A stretch of DNA of 55,568 nucleotides from positions 1-55,568 of the forward strand of contig JAFGCE010000085.1 in the NCBI GenBank assembly GCA_016932755.1. The letters are read 5' to 3'. Both the position numbers and the translations under genes were made by a program. The DNA is from Candidatus Woesearchaeota archaeon. GTDB lineage: Archaea > Nanobdellota > Nanobdellia > Woesearchaeales > JAGWAF01. The notes under the pieces were generated by a model, which made no database searches, was not told where the DNA came from, and saw only the letters and a program-made list of their open reading frames with translations. Below are positions 1 to 9,238 of the stretch, in pieces (the first letter of the stretch is position 1; every line of letters starts with the position of its first letter).

Positions 1-38
1 AAGAAATAGATAAAAAAATTGGTTTTTATACAAATTCG

Positions 39-659
39 GTGGATATCACTTCTACAAGCGTCTTAAGCAATGCGGTACTTAAAAATATAAATAAAGCAAG
101 TGAAAAATTACCAAAGGGTAATGTCGGAAAATTATTTGAAACTTTCTCAGCAATACACTCTGAAAGCTTAAGGAGGTTAGAAGAAAACAAAGGGTACTTA
201 GTAAGAGAAACAGTCAATGAAAGTAAAGTTGATGGATACCTGAAAAACGTTTTATTATTTTTTAATCTTAAACTTAAAAAAGAAATTGAAAAAATGAATC
301 CCCAACCTAAATTAGAGAGACTAAAAGCTATGAGACCCACGTCTTCTATGTGGCGCACCATTAAACAGGTAAAATATGATGCAATTATAAGAGAATGCCC
401 GCATTACGGAACTTTAAAAAATAAATTTGTAGACTTCCCTCCTGATATGGGGGACATTGCATTATTGGCGCAAGCCATTTATTTTCACGAGTTATTTTCA
501 AAAGCTAAACTTAAATTTTACCTGGCTTCTACGGACCATCATTTTGTTGAAATTGAAAAGAATGACACGGTCAATGATTTTGTCCCAAGCAAAATTAAAG
601 AAGAATTTGGGTTTGAGTGTTTGAGGCCCAGTAAAGTTTTGGATCAGCTGAAACATTAA
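39..659 (+). CDS. hypothetical protein (possibly 5'-truncated by window edge)
   Basis: 206-aa ORF starting at a GTG. The same frame has no stop back to nt 3, so the gene may begin upstream of the window. No motif I can name confidently. Confidence 0.4.
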   Translation: MDITSTSVLSNAVLKNINKASEKLPKGNVGKLFETFSAIHSESLRRLEENKGYLVRETVNESKVDGYLKNVLLFFNLKLKKEIEKMNPQPKLERLKAMRPTSSMWRTIKQVKYDAIIRECPHYGTLKNKFVDFPPDMGDIALLAQAIYFHELFSKAKLKFYLASTDHHFVEIEKNDTVNDFVPSKIKEEFGFECLRPSKVLDQLKH

Positions 660-660
660 C

Positions 661-670
661 TTTTTATACT
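661..670 (+). promoter_or_regulatory. TATA-like box upstream of htpX
   Basis: 'tttttatact' centred about 28 nt upstream of the ATG at 694. No SD between them, consistent with a leaderless archaeal mRNA. Confidence 0.35.
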
Positions 671-693
671 AAGATATAATTGGAATTGTTAAA

Positions 694-1545
694 ATGAGCA
701 GATGGGGGAATCAGTTCAAGACTTTTATTTTGCTTGCTTTGCTTACAGCGCTCATGCTTTGGGCAGGAGAGGCTTTCGGAGGCAGGCAGGGATTGTACAT
801 AGCTCTTGTAATTGTCCTGCTGATGAACTTTTTCACATACTGGTTTTCAGATAAGTTAGTTTTGAGAATGTACAGGGCTCAGCCTGTAACAAAGAAACAG
901 GCTCCAGAGCTTTACACATTAGTAAAAGAAGTTGCGAGTGCAGCAAAAATACCAATGCCAAAGGTTTACATAATACCCACAGACTCTCCGAACGCTTTTG
1001 CAACAGGAAGAAACCCAGAGCATGCTGCAGTTGCATGCACGCAGGGCATTATCAATTTATTGAACAAAGACGAGCTAAAAGGGGTTATTGCCCATGAGGT
1101 AAGCCATATCAAGAACCGGGACACATTAATCCAGGTTGTTGCAGCAACAATTGCAGGAGTTATTTCATATCTTGCATTTTTCGCAAGGTTTGCAGCAATC
1201 TTCGGAGGCGGAGGAAGAGACAGGGATTCAAGAGGCTTGGAACTTCTGGCATTGGCAATACTCACTCCATTAATCGCAACAATAATCCAGCTTGCAATCT
1301 CAAGGTCAAGGGAGTATCTTGCAGACGCATCCGCTGCAAAAACACTTCATAATTCAGACGGGCTTGCTTCTGCACTTCACAAACTGGAAACAGGAATAAA
1401 ACAGCATCCGTTAAGATTCGGAAGCGCCCAGACATCAAACATCTTCATTGCAAACCCTTTCTCAGGAGGGGGCATGCTTGCATTGTTCAGCACACACCCG
1501 CCAATGCAGGAAAGGATTAAGAAACTGAAAGGAATGGAACTATAA
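694..1545 (+). CDS. htpX: HtpX-type M48 zinc metalloprotease, membrane-bound
   Basis: N-terminal TM helices, HEVSH (HExxH) zinc motif followed by IKNRD, C-terminal THPP motif, and typical HtpX length (283 aa). Confidence 0.9.
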   Translation: MSRWGNQFKTFILLALLTALMLWAGEAFGGRQGLYIALVIVLLMNFFTYWFSDKLVLRMYRAQPVTKKQAPELYTLVKEVASAAKIPMPKVYIIPTDSPNAFATGRNPEHAAVACTQGIINLLNKDELKGVIAHEVSHIKNRDTLIQVVAATIAGVISYLAFFARFAAIFGGGGRDRDSRGLELLALAILTPLIATIIQLAISRSREYLADASAAKTLHNSDGLASALHKLETGIKQHPLRFGSAQTSNIFIANPFSGGGMLALFSTHPPMQERIKKLKGMEL

Positions 1546-3828
1546 ATAATCCTGGTCAACAACATCCCTTATTCTTTTTGCGATTTTGTCGCCGACTTTG
1601 TCAACTTTCTTCAGCTCTTCCTCATTAGAATTGATTATTTTCCTGACACTTCCTAACTCTCTTAACAATTCTTTTGCCAAGCCAGGACCGACATTCGGGA
1701 GAGAAGAGACAATATACTCCTGCTGTTCTTTCAGTGTCAAAGGCTTCCTGTCTCCGTGCAGGTTAAAGTCTTTTCCTGTTGTTTCCTGCTCTCTTCTTGC
1801 AATAACAGAAAGCAAAGAAGCAGTCTCTTTTGAATTTTTAGTGTAAAGCACAGGAATGCCATAGCTTATTGTGATTGTTGCAAGCATGCCCCTAATTGCA
1901 TTTGGATGGACTTTCCTGACAGAATAAATATCTTCGATTCCTTCAATTATTATAAGCGGGCGCTCAAAATTCCTTTTCAGCTCCTTTATCTGCTGCAATA
2001 ACCTTCCGTCTATAATTGAGCCAACAAAGTCTGAAACAGTCTTGTATTCAACACCAACCCTTGAGCTTAACAGAAAATCAGCAGCCTCAAGCTTTTCAAG
2101 CTTTACTGAAGCTCCTGAATCAACAAGCTCCTTCACAACTCCAGAGCCTTTTTCCCTGTAGTCAACAAAAACCTTGATATTTTCTTCCTCTTGGGCGTAT
2201 TTGTCAAGCCCTGTCTGCCCCCTTGGCTTAAGCTCAAGCTTCAGCTTTCCTCTCAAATCCTCAAGAGTCCTGTACATCCTCTTTTCCTTGTAAAAAGCGC
2301 TCCACCTGTATCCAACATCCCTTGTCTGCTCTGTCATTAAAATCATAACCCTTCCTTTTTCCTGCCTTCCGGTCCTTCCCCTTCTTTGTATGTGCCTTAT
2401 TGCAGAGGGAATTGGCTCGTAAAACAAAACCAAATCAACTCTTGGGATGTCAAGACCCTCTTCCGCAACTGAGGTTGCAATCAGGACATTGAACATTCCG
2501 TCCCTGAACATCTGAAGCATGGCAATCTGCTCTTTTTGGGTCAAACCTGTTTCCCCCTTTTTTGCCTGGCCGACAAAAATCTCTGAAAGGACATTTATTT
2601 TATCCAGTTCCTGCTTTATTTTTGATGCAGAATCCCTATACTGCGTGAAGATAATTATTTTTGTCTTGTTGTTTTCATTAACCTCTTCTTTCACTATCCT
2701 GTTCAGCTCTGCCAATTTGGGGTGCTCAATCCCGTTTTCAATCAGCGAGTCTGTTTTGATTATTGCAGACTTGATGTTTATGTCCCTCATAAGATTCTGG
2801 ACAGCCTTTACTTTTGTTGTTGCTGACTCTGATGTTAATTTGTCAAGATATTTTTTCAGCGAATTGGCGCCCTGAGTCTCAATCAGCTCCAAAGCGTGCT
2901 GGACCTTTATCGCCTCTGCTGTCAATGACAGTGATTTCAAAGTTTCAAAGTCTTTTTCTCCCTGCGAAATCTTTGCATGAAGGCTTCTCTGCAAATCCAG
3001 CAAATCCTTTTTTCCGAAATTTGAAAGAGCAGAGGTATTGACAGAGCCGTACTTTTTCATCTCTGCAAGCTTGGACTTAAATGATGCTTCCAGGTATTTT
3101 TTTACGACAATAAATTCTTCAGGAAGGTTAACCTTGACCCATTTTATGTCCATCTCCTGCACATAAGGCTTAACATCAGGGTCGTCGTCAGTTCTTATTT
3201 CAACCTCTTCAATGTAAAGGTTTTTGCATACTTCCCTTATCTTTTCCAAATCAGAGCCAGGGGAAGCTGTCAGTGCAAGAATCTTGGGGTGTTTTGCTTT
3301 TTTGTTGTACTGCTTTGCAAGAAAAACATAGGAATAGTCCCCCACAGCCCTGTGGGCTTCGTCAACAACAAGCAGGCTCACATCCCCTATATCTATCCTG
3401 TCAGAGATAATGTCATTTTCCAGCCCCTGGGGTGTTGAAAAAACTATTTTTGCTTTCTTCCACATCTCGTGCCTTTTTTCAGGCCTGATTAAGCCTGTAA
3501 AAACAGCTAATTCTCCTTCATTAATGTCAAAATGGCTCTTGAAAGTCTGCAAATGCTGTTCAACCAACGGCTTTGTAGGAGCAATAAAAAGCATTTTTGA
3601 TTCAGGGTACTGCCTGAATCTTTGGGAAGCAAGCATCAAAGCTATCATTGTCTTTCCCATTCCTGTAGGCAGGACAACAAGGCAGTTGTTGTTTACACAA
3701 GTAGAAAGAATCGTTTCCTGGTAAAGCCTCGGGATTATGTCTTTAAGCATATACTTTTTTTGTATGATGTGCTTGTTATTTAAGTTTTCGATGCTCTCAA
3801 TGTCCTCAAGCCTGACTGCCTCAATCAT
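1540..3828 (-). CDS. hef: Hef-type helicase/nuclease (SF2 DEAH helicase + XPF/Mus81-family nuclease + C-terminal HhH)
   Basis: Walker A PTGMGKT, DEAH box (VVDEAHRA), helicase motif VI (QRRGRTGR). C-terminal XPF-like block VFVDYRE...AADF...VEYKTVSDF...IIIEG. Terminal helix-hairpin-helix-like LPNVGPGLAKELL. Confidence 0.85.
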   Translation of the reverse strand: MIEAVRLEDIESIENLNNKHIIQKKYMLKDIIPRLYQETILSTCVNNNCLVVLPTGMGKTMIALMLASQRFRQYPESKMLFIAPTKPLVEQHLQTFKSHFDINEGELAVFTGLIRPEKRHEMWKKAKIVFSTPQGLENDIISDRIDIGDVSLLVVDEAHRAVGDYSYVFLAKQYNKKAKHPKILALTASPGSDLEKIREVCKNLYIEEVEIRTDDDPDVKPYVQEMDIKWVKVNLPEEFIVVKKYLEASFKSKLAEMKKYGSVNTSALSNFGKKDLLDLQRSLHAKISQGEKDFETLKSLSLTAEAIKVQHALELIETQGANSLKKYLDKLTSESATTKVKAVQNLMRDINIKSAIIKTDSLIENGIEHPKLAELNRIVKEEVNENNKTKIIIFTQYRDSASKIKQELDKINVLSEIFVGQAKKGETGLTQKEQIAMLQMFRDGMFNVLIATSVAEEGLDIPRVDLVLFYEPIPSAIRHIQRRGRTGRQEKGRVMILMTEQTRDVGYRWSAFYKEKRMYRTLEDLRGKLKLELKPRGQTGLDKYAQEEENIKVFVDYREKGSGVVKELVDSGASVKLEKLEAADFLLSSRVGVEYKTVSDFVGSIIDGRLLQQIKELKRNFERPLIIIEGIEDIYSVRKVHPNAIRGMLATITISYGIPVLYTKNSKETASLLSVIARREQETTGKDFNLHGDRKPLTLKEQQEYIVSSLPNVGPGLAKELLRELGSVRKIINSNEEELKKVDKVGDKIAKRIRDVVDQDYL

Positions 3829-3889
3829 ACACTACTTTGGAGAAATTTCATTTAAATACCTCACAGGAGGATGTCCAGTGGGCAGTGCA

Positions 3890-4681
3890 TTATCTAAGCA
3901 AAGCAACAACACTTGGCAGGCTGTCAGGATTTCCTGCAAGTTTTGTATCTGCTTTAAGCATCTCATAGGATTTTTTCCGTGCATAAAAAGCCTGTATTTT
4001 TCTTCTTGCATTTCCGGATAAAATGGAGCAAACAAAATCCAACGGATTAAGGGTAAGAATTTTTGAGGGGTTATCTTCCACCCACCGCAAGCTAAGGTTC
4101 TCCAATTCAACATACCTGCTGAACAGATAAAGACCCAATTGGTCCTTGTCAAACCAATATTTATCCTGTTTTGGCCTGAAAAAAGGTTTTGGCCAGTCAT
4201 TCTCAAAATGGTAGTGCACTGGCTGTATCCCTGCAGGAGTTGAAATTTCCATAGATTCTATCTGGGGCAGCTGCATATACATCCCAAAAGGCATTGCTGC
4301 TGAAAGGGGGTCTGCTTCAGCCAAAAGCTCTGCCGCAAAGTGGGCCATATCTTCCAATTCTTCAGGAATGCTTCCTGGCTGGATGTTTGCGCGGGTGCTT
4401 ATTTCCTGTGCTGTTTCAGGAATAGTCTTTTCGTATGCACCACCATGCCTGTAAAAAATATCAAAATTTCCTATATGATGCTCTTCTACATCAGCAAAGC
4501 CGTCAAGAAGAACCCCTTTTTCAGTAACATGCTTTTCTCCAATCAGCCCGGCTTCATGTATTATCTTGTAAGAAAGCTCAAATATATCCCTCGGCATGGT
4601 CCTTTCAGCGCCTCTTGTTACTCTGGCAGTGAGGTTGTATTTTGGCTTTCCCGGGTTAAACATAAACAGAAGAAAATTCAA
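3890..4681 (-). CDS. hypothetical protein
   Basis: 263-aa ORF filling the gap between flanking genes on the same strand. No recognisable motif. Confidence 0.5.
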   Translation of the reverse strand: MNFLLFMFNPGKPKYNLTARVTRGAERTMPRDIFELSYKIIHEAGLIGEKHVTEKGVLLDGFADVEEHHIGNFDIFYRHGGAYEKTIPETAQEISTRANIQPGSIPEELEDMAHFAAELLAEADPLSAAMPFGMYMQLPQIESMEISTPAGIQPVHYHFENDWPKPFFRPKQDKYWFDKDQLGLYLFSRYVELENLSLRWVEDNPSKILTLNPLDFVCSILSGNARRKIQAFYARKKSYEMLKADTKLAGNPDSLPSVVALLR

Positions 4682-4719
4682 GATGTTTTTATAATTTTGC
4701 TGTCTGGGTTGGTGGCAAC

Positions 4720-5325
4720 TCAGTAATCATGCCCTGGGCAAAGAATCTTGAATGGATAGTTAATTAATTTCATCAGTGATTTTGGCATTTCTTCCGGCAA
4801 AGAATTAGGCAGGTCAGTCCTTCCCAAGACCTTTTCCTTGAAAATAGTGTCTCCTGAAAATAGGATTTGCTGTTCCCTCAAATAAATGCAGATGCTCCCT
4901 TTTGTATGCCCCTGTGTTTTTATTATCTCAATCTTTGGATTATTAATCCGGCTAACCGGCTTCAGCTCAGCTTTCTGGAACTTTTCAGCCATTTCCTTGT
5001 TCAGGACAGTTCCTTCAGGGTCTTTTTTGAATGATTCAATCTCTTCTTCAGAAGCAAAAAACTCAGCATTTGGGAACAAATCAAAATTCCCGATATGGTC
5101 GTAATGCAGATGAGTAAAAATAACCTTCCTGACCATCCTCGGGTCAATTATGTGCTCAATAAACTCAGCCTCTTTTCTTTTGCTTCTCTCGCCTGCGTCA
5201 ATCACTATGGGTTCATCTAGCCTTAGAAGGTATATGTTGCTTCCAGCAGGTATCTTCCATATCCCTTTGTCAATATTCTGCACTATGTATGATTTTTCTT
5301 TCATGAAGATAATAGCTTGCTGCAA
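4720..5325 (-). CDS. MBL-fold metallo-hydrolase
   Basis: THLHYDHIGN (HxHxDH) motif, downstream GHTKGS and terminal PGHD motifs typical of the metallo-beta-lactamase fold. Alternative start at 5304. Confidence 0.8.
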   Translation of the reverse strand: MQQAIIFMKEKSYIVQNIDKGIWKIPAGSNIYLLRLDEPIVIDAGERSKRKEAEFIEHIIDPRMVRKVIFTHLHYDHIGNFDLFPNAEFFASEEEIESFKKDPEGTVLNKEMAEKFQKAELKPVSRINNPKIEIIKTQGHTKGSICIYLREQQILFSGDTIFKEKVLGRTDLPNSLPEEMPKSLMKLINYPFKILCPGHDY

Positions 5326-5620
5326 ACCCTGCTACAAAAAGAAGGATTACAATCTTCCTGTCTCCGTAAAAAGAGCCGAGAGTCAGCCCTATCAATGCTC
5401 CGATTGTTATTATTGATGCAGGAATCTTCAATTTTTTCTTGAACCTGAACCACCATCTTCCGAAAGCAGCTCCGAACAAGACGCTGATTATGTACAGAAT
5501 AACTGCAGAGCCTGCTGAAATCCCAACAATAAATCCCACTATCAGGAGAACAAGGGCGAAAAATTCAGCCCAGTTGTCCATAAACCAATCTGCTTTTTTT
5601 CCAATCATCCTTGCCACCAT
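5270..5620 (-). CDS. small integral membrane protein
   Basis: 116 aa with 3-4 hydrophobic helices. Overlaps both neighbours slightly, so it looks operonic. Confidence 0.45.
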   Translation of the reverse strand: MVARMIGKKADWFMDNWAEFFALVLLIVGFIVGISAGSAVILYIISVLFGAAFGRWWFRFKKKLKIPASIITIGALIGLTLGSFYGDRKIVILLFVAGFAASYYLHERKIIHSAEY

Positions 5621-6360
5621 GTGCTTTCAAAAAACACATAAAACAACAGCCAAACAGCCCCTCCAATTAGCAAAGCCAGGATATAAGAGTAAACTCCCAG
5701 GCTGTACAGCACAAGATATCCTGCTATTGAGCCGAAAATAAATGCATATGTCAGCCTTGAGTAAAACAAAAGCCTGCTTCCGTCAAGAGGGGGTATTGGC
5801 AGTAAGTTCAAAACTGCAAAAAGCCAGCTGAATAAAAAGAATTTTTGTGCAAAAACAGAATCCATCGGAATAAGGTGAAGGTTAACCTGCAAAAACTTTA
5901 CCAAAGTCGCGACCAATATGTTGGCTATAGGGCCCATCAGGGCTATAATGCCGAAAGCCTGCACATTCGGGCCATACCTGAAATATCCAAGCCTGTGCAC
6001 AGCAAGATGGTGTATCCACACTCCTGTTGCAGCAAAGAAAAGAAGCTTTCCGTTTGAGAGTATTGCAAGCAAAAGCGCAATTATAATCCCGTACCACCAA
6101 ACCTTGACTTCTGTCTTAAATCCGACTTTGAGTGCTGCAAGCCTCTGGCCTGCTTCATGTATAAATATGCCAAGAGCAACGATTATTATCGCCCTAAAGA
6201 AATTGCCCAGCCCTACAAAAATGTCAAATTTTTCATAACCCCATTCGTTATAAGAAAATATGAATGCGAAGACAAGGACTACAATAGCGAGCGCTTTCAG
6301 CTCCTGCCTGCTGAACCTGAAATATCTCTTTACAGTGTCAAGATATGTTCTTCCTCCCAT
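5605..6360 (-). CDS. site-2 protease (M50) family membrane protein with an atypical zinc motif
   Basis: Polytopic membrane protein carrying the M50 signature LNLLPIPPLDGSRL. The expected HExxH reads HEAGQ (6145-6159). Confidence 0.7.
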   Translation of the reverse strand: MGGRTYLDTVKRYFRFSRQELKALAIVVLVFAFIFSYNEWGYEKFDIFVGLGNFFRAIIIVALGIFIHEAGQRLAALKVGFKTEVKVWWYGIIIALLLAILSNGKLLFFAATGVWIHHLAVHRLGYFRYGPNVQAFGIIALMGPIANILVATLVKFLQVNLHLIPMDSVFAQKFFLFSWLFAVLNLLPIPPLDGSRLLFYSRLTYAFIFGSIAGYLVLYSLGVYSYILALLIGGAVWLLFYVFFESTWWQG

Positions 6361-6398
6361 AAATAAACCCTGTTTTTCTTTGTTTAAATACTTTTTCT

Positions 6399-7103
6399 TT
6401 AACCGACAGTGTAAGAATAGCTTATTTGCGGTTTTGCCAGCGCTTCCTTCACAAGCCCTATAATCTCCTCCTCATGTCCTGCCCCGATTATTGCAAGAAT
6501 CTTTTCATCAGGATTTTTATGCATTATGCCTGCAAGCTTTTCAGCCATTATCCTGTTTCTTTCATCAACAAGGACATAGTAAAGGTTCGGATATCTTTTC
6601 TTAACCTTTGATGTCAGCTTTTTTATTACACTCTGGCTCGGGACTTTTGCAAGGTCAAACACAACCTCCCTCTTCCTTAGGACAACAGCCTTTAAAATAT
6701 CAATAACAAAATTCCATTTCTCTTTCCAGCTGAATACTTTTGATATTTTTGCCATTGTTATGGAAATATCCTGGTCAATAAGGTAAACCCGGATATTCTT
6801 CTCTTTGGCAAGCTCAAAAGCCTTTTTCATCTCAGAGCCAGGAGCAACTCCTGTCTCTTTCCCGAGCTTTTTCTCAGCCCATGCTCCAAGCAGGTTAAAC
6901 AAGAATCCTTTGAGCCCGATTTTCTTCAATTCCCTTAAGCCTGGCTTTGGCCTTTCCTTTTCAAACAAAGCCGCCAGCCTCTGCCTGTCAAGCTCAAGTG
7001 CGATTATACCCGGCTTTTTGTTTTTTATTTCATCCTCTACTTCCTTCAGGCTCTGCTTGGCTATATGGGACGTGCCCAGCACATAAAGGTTTTTGTATTT
7101 CAT
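6399..7103 (-). CDS. TraB/PrgY family protein
   Basis: N-terminal YVLGTSHIAKQS and C-terminal IIGAGHEEEI motifs typical of the TraB family. I prefer the ATG at 7103 (MKYKNLYVLGTSH) over the ORF-track start at 7157. Confidence 0.65.
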   Translation of the reverse strand: MKYKNLYVLGTSHIAKQSLKEVEDEIKNKKPGIIALELDRQRLAALFEKERPKPGLRELKKIGLKGFLFNLLGAWAEKKLGKETGVAPGSEMKKAFELAKEKNIRVYLIDQDISITMAKISKVFSWKEKWNFVIDILKAVVLRKREVVFDLAKVPSQSVIKKLTSKVKKRYPNLYYVLVDERNRIMAEKLAGIMHKNPDEKILAIIGAGHEEEIIGLVKEALAKPQISYSYTVG

Positions 7104-7220
7104 GCAGATAAACCGGAAGACAGTGGTTAAAAAGCTTTCTAATAACCAGTTTGCCATAACAAAAACTTTATATAGTAATTAGTGCTTGTATGGATTATAC
7201 CTAAATGGAGGGGATTCACT

Positions 7221-7496
7221 ATGCTTAAGATGAAGAAGATTTCAGAAACATATGAAATGAAAGTTTTTACTGATACTGGGGACTACTTCGGCGATATCGA
7301 GGAGTCAATCATCACGCAGACAAAAGTGTTTGGATGGAGAGTCAGGGCTACAAAGAATTCTTTCCTGAATAAAGTGCTTGGAAGCGCTAAGGGGGTTATT
7401 GTTCCTCACCAGCTTGTGAAAAGCATTGGTGACATAATGATAATCTCAAAAGCAGCAGTTCCTTCGTATTCAGGAGAGGAAGAAGAGGCAGAATAA
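7221..7496 (+). CDS. PRC-barrel domain protein
   Basis: Small beta-rich protein (KVFTDTGDYFGDIEESII...VIVPHQLVKSIGDIMII) with an acidic tail. ATG at 7221 is preceded by GGAGGGG (7207-7213). Confidence 0.55.
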   Translation: MLKMKKISETYEMKVFTDTGDYFGDIEESIITQTKVFGWRVRATKNSFLNKVLGSAKGVIVPHQLVKSIGDIMIISKAAVPSYSGEEEEAE

Positions 7497-7526
7497 ATTT
7501 TTTATTCTAGTGTGGTGAAAACATCA

Positions 7527-7542
7527 CCACAAAATATTTAAA
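7527..7542 (+). promoter_or_regulatory. BRE/TATA-like promoter element (ccacaaaatatttaaa) for the TrmB gene
   Basis: A 16-mer identical to 9202-9217. It starts 38 nt upstream of the ATG at 7565. Confidence 0.5.
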
Positions 7543-7564
7543 TTGCTAAATCTTAGCTTGTTCT

Positions 7565-8284
7565 ATGGACACGCAGTTTCTTGAAGACATCGGGCTGACA
7601 AAGACAGAAGCAAAAGTCTATCTTGCTGTTCTTGACCTCGGCTCTGCCCTTGCAGGGACAATCTCCCAGAAAGCAGGGATTCATAGAAGGTCTGTTTATG
7701 ACTCACTTGAAAGGCTGATAGAAAAAGGGCTTGTTTCTTTTATCTCAAGAAACAACAGGAAATGGTTTGAGGCTGTGGAGCCAAAAAGGCTTATCCAGAT
7801 AGCTGAGGAGAAGATGCAGAACCTCAAGCAGATAGTGCCCAAGCTTGAGATGAAGCACGGCATGACAAAGGAAAAAGAGGAAACTGTTTTCTTCAAGGGA
7901 AAGCAGGCGCTGAAGACTGTTTTTGACGACCAAATCCAGGAAAAAAGGACAATATATGTCACAGGAGCGTCTGCTGAAGCATCTGACATACTCAAGTATT
8001 ATTTCACTCATTATGACAAGAAAAGAAAAGCAAACAGGATACATGTGAAGATGATTTTTCCTGAGGACTCAAGAAAAAGCGAAATGCTGAAGAATGTTCC
8101 GCTGAGCGAGATAAAGTTCCTTCCGCACAAATACCTTTCGCCTGTCGGCACAAATGTCTATGGAGACAAGGTTGCGATTGTTGTATGGACAGACGAGCCG
8201 ATAGCAATATTAATAAAGAACAAAGTTGTAGCAGAAGCTTATAAAAGGTATTTCAATTTTATGTGGGAGAGGGCAAAAAAATGA
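7565..8284 (+). CDS. TrmB-family transcriptional regulator
   Basis: N-terminal winged HTH: GLTKTEAKVYLAVLDLGSALAGTISQKAGIHRRSVYDSLERLIEKGLV. Typical TrmB length. Confidence 0.8.
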   Translation: MDTQFLEDIGLTKTEAKVYLAVLDLGSALAGTISQKAGIHRRSVYDSLERLIEKGLVSFISRNNRKWFEAVEPKRLIQIAEEKMQNLKQIVPKLEMKHGMTKEKEETVFFKGKQALKTVFDDQIQEKRTIYVTGASAEASDILKYYFTHYDKKRKANRIHVKMIFPEDSRKSEMLKNVPLSEIKFLPHKYLSPVGTNVYGDKVAIVVWTDEPIAILIKNKVVAEAYKRYFNFMWERAKK

Positions 8285-8700
8285 CAGCTGAATTTTTGGC
8301 AAAAGATGTCGCATTAAGCGTTTTTACAGCATGGTTTCTGGCGCAGGTTGCCCTCAAAATACTTATTTCAAGCTGCAGGAAGAAGCAGGTCATGTGGAGA
8401 GCAGCTGTAACAGGAGGGGGCATGCCAAGCGGGCACGCAACCCTTGTGGCTGCGCTTTCAACAGCAGTCGGGTTAAGCCAGGGATTTAGCTCTGTCATGT
8501 TCATAATAACCATAGTTTTTTCAATTCTTGTAATTCACGAAACTTTGCAGGCAAAAAAGGTTATTGTTGACTTTCTTGCAGCAATAGCAGAAAAACACCC
8601 AAAACGGCATTTGCTTGAGGAGCTCAGCCACAGCATCAAGGAAGCGGCAGCAGGAGTAGCTATAGGCGTTATTGTTGTTCTCTTATTTTATTATATATAA
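8281..8700 (+). CDS. divergent PAP2 / acid-phosphatase-like membrane protein (DUF212-like)
   Basis: GGMPSGHATLVAALSTAVG motif in a small polytopic protein. ATG at 8281 overlaps the TrmB stop as ATGA. Confidence 0.6.
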   Translation: MTAEFLAKDVALSVFTAWFLAQVALKILISSCRKKQVMWRAAVTGGGMPSGHATLVAALSTAVGLSQGFSSVMFIITIVFSILVIHETLQAKKVIVDFLAAIAEKHPKRHLLEELSHSIKEAAAGVAIGVIVVLLFYYI

Positions 8701-9132
8701 TCATCTTAATGGGTCTACTGTCTGGAACAATGACTTAAGCCCTTTTTTGAGGCTGGGTTTCTCTGTTATTTTGTCATGAGTATATGGGTAGATAATCCAT
8801 CTCTTTTCAAGCTCAGAATTCGGGTTTACAAACATAACAGACAGTTTTGGGAAGCAAACAAGCCTGCTCCAGTTTTCAGTGATAATGTCAAGGTTTTCCT
8901 TCTTATTCAGGACAACAAGCGTGACAAAATTATCATTCAGCTTCCCGATTATCTGGTTAATATCTTTTATCACAGGAGCAATAATGCAGTATTTGTCGCC
9001 TGTTTTTGTTTTGATAACCAAGTCCCACCCGTCTTTTTCTTCTTCTATTGACGCTATTGCTTTTGTAAGGACATCCTTATTTTTGATGTAGTTGACAGTC
9101 CATTCTTTCAGCACGCCAAACTCATTTTTCAT
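8701..9132 (-). CDS. hypothetical protein
   Basis: 143-aa ORF with good coding fill. No recognisable motif. Confidence 0.5.
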   Translation of the reverse strand: MKNEFGVLKEWTVNYIKNKDVLTKAIASIEEEKDGWDLVIKTKTGDKYCIIAPVIKDINQIIGKLNDNFVTLVVLNKKENLDIITENWSRLVCFPKLSVMFVNPNSELEKRWIIYPYTHDKITEKPSLKKGLKSLFQTVDPLR

Positions 9133-9201
9133 AATTTGTGATTGTTAATTGGGGTTTAAAAATTTAACTAAGTTCGTCCACTTCGCCCACTGGACATCCT
9201 C

Positions 9202-9217
9202 CCACAAAATATTTAAA
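9202..9217 (+). promoter_or_regulatory. BRE/TATA-like promoter element (ccacaaaatatttaaa) for the Cas4-like gene
   Basis: Identical 16-mer to 7527-7542. It starts 37 nt upstream of the ATG at 9239. Confidence 0.5.
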
Positions 9218-9238
9218 CAATCTAACAACACAAAACCC

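Noticed and set aside
7182-7220. Upstream extension of the first PRC-barrel gene, and the 7157 start of the TraB-like gene.
   Set aside because: Both extensions would run into the shared TATA-like element (about 7166-7178). ATGs at 7221 (with GGAGGGG) and 7103 give proteins that start at the conserved family N-termini.
9149-9238. Longer N-terminus (MGFKNLTKFVHFAHW...) for the Cas4-like gene.
   Set aside because: It starts at a non-ATG codon and contains the 16-nt promoter element (9202-9217). The Cas4 N-terminal Cys motif follows directly after the ATG at 9239.
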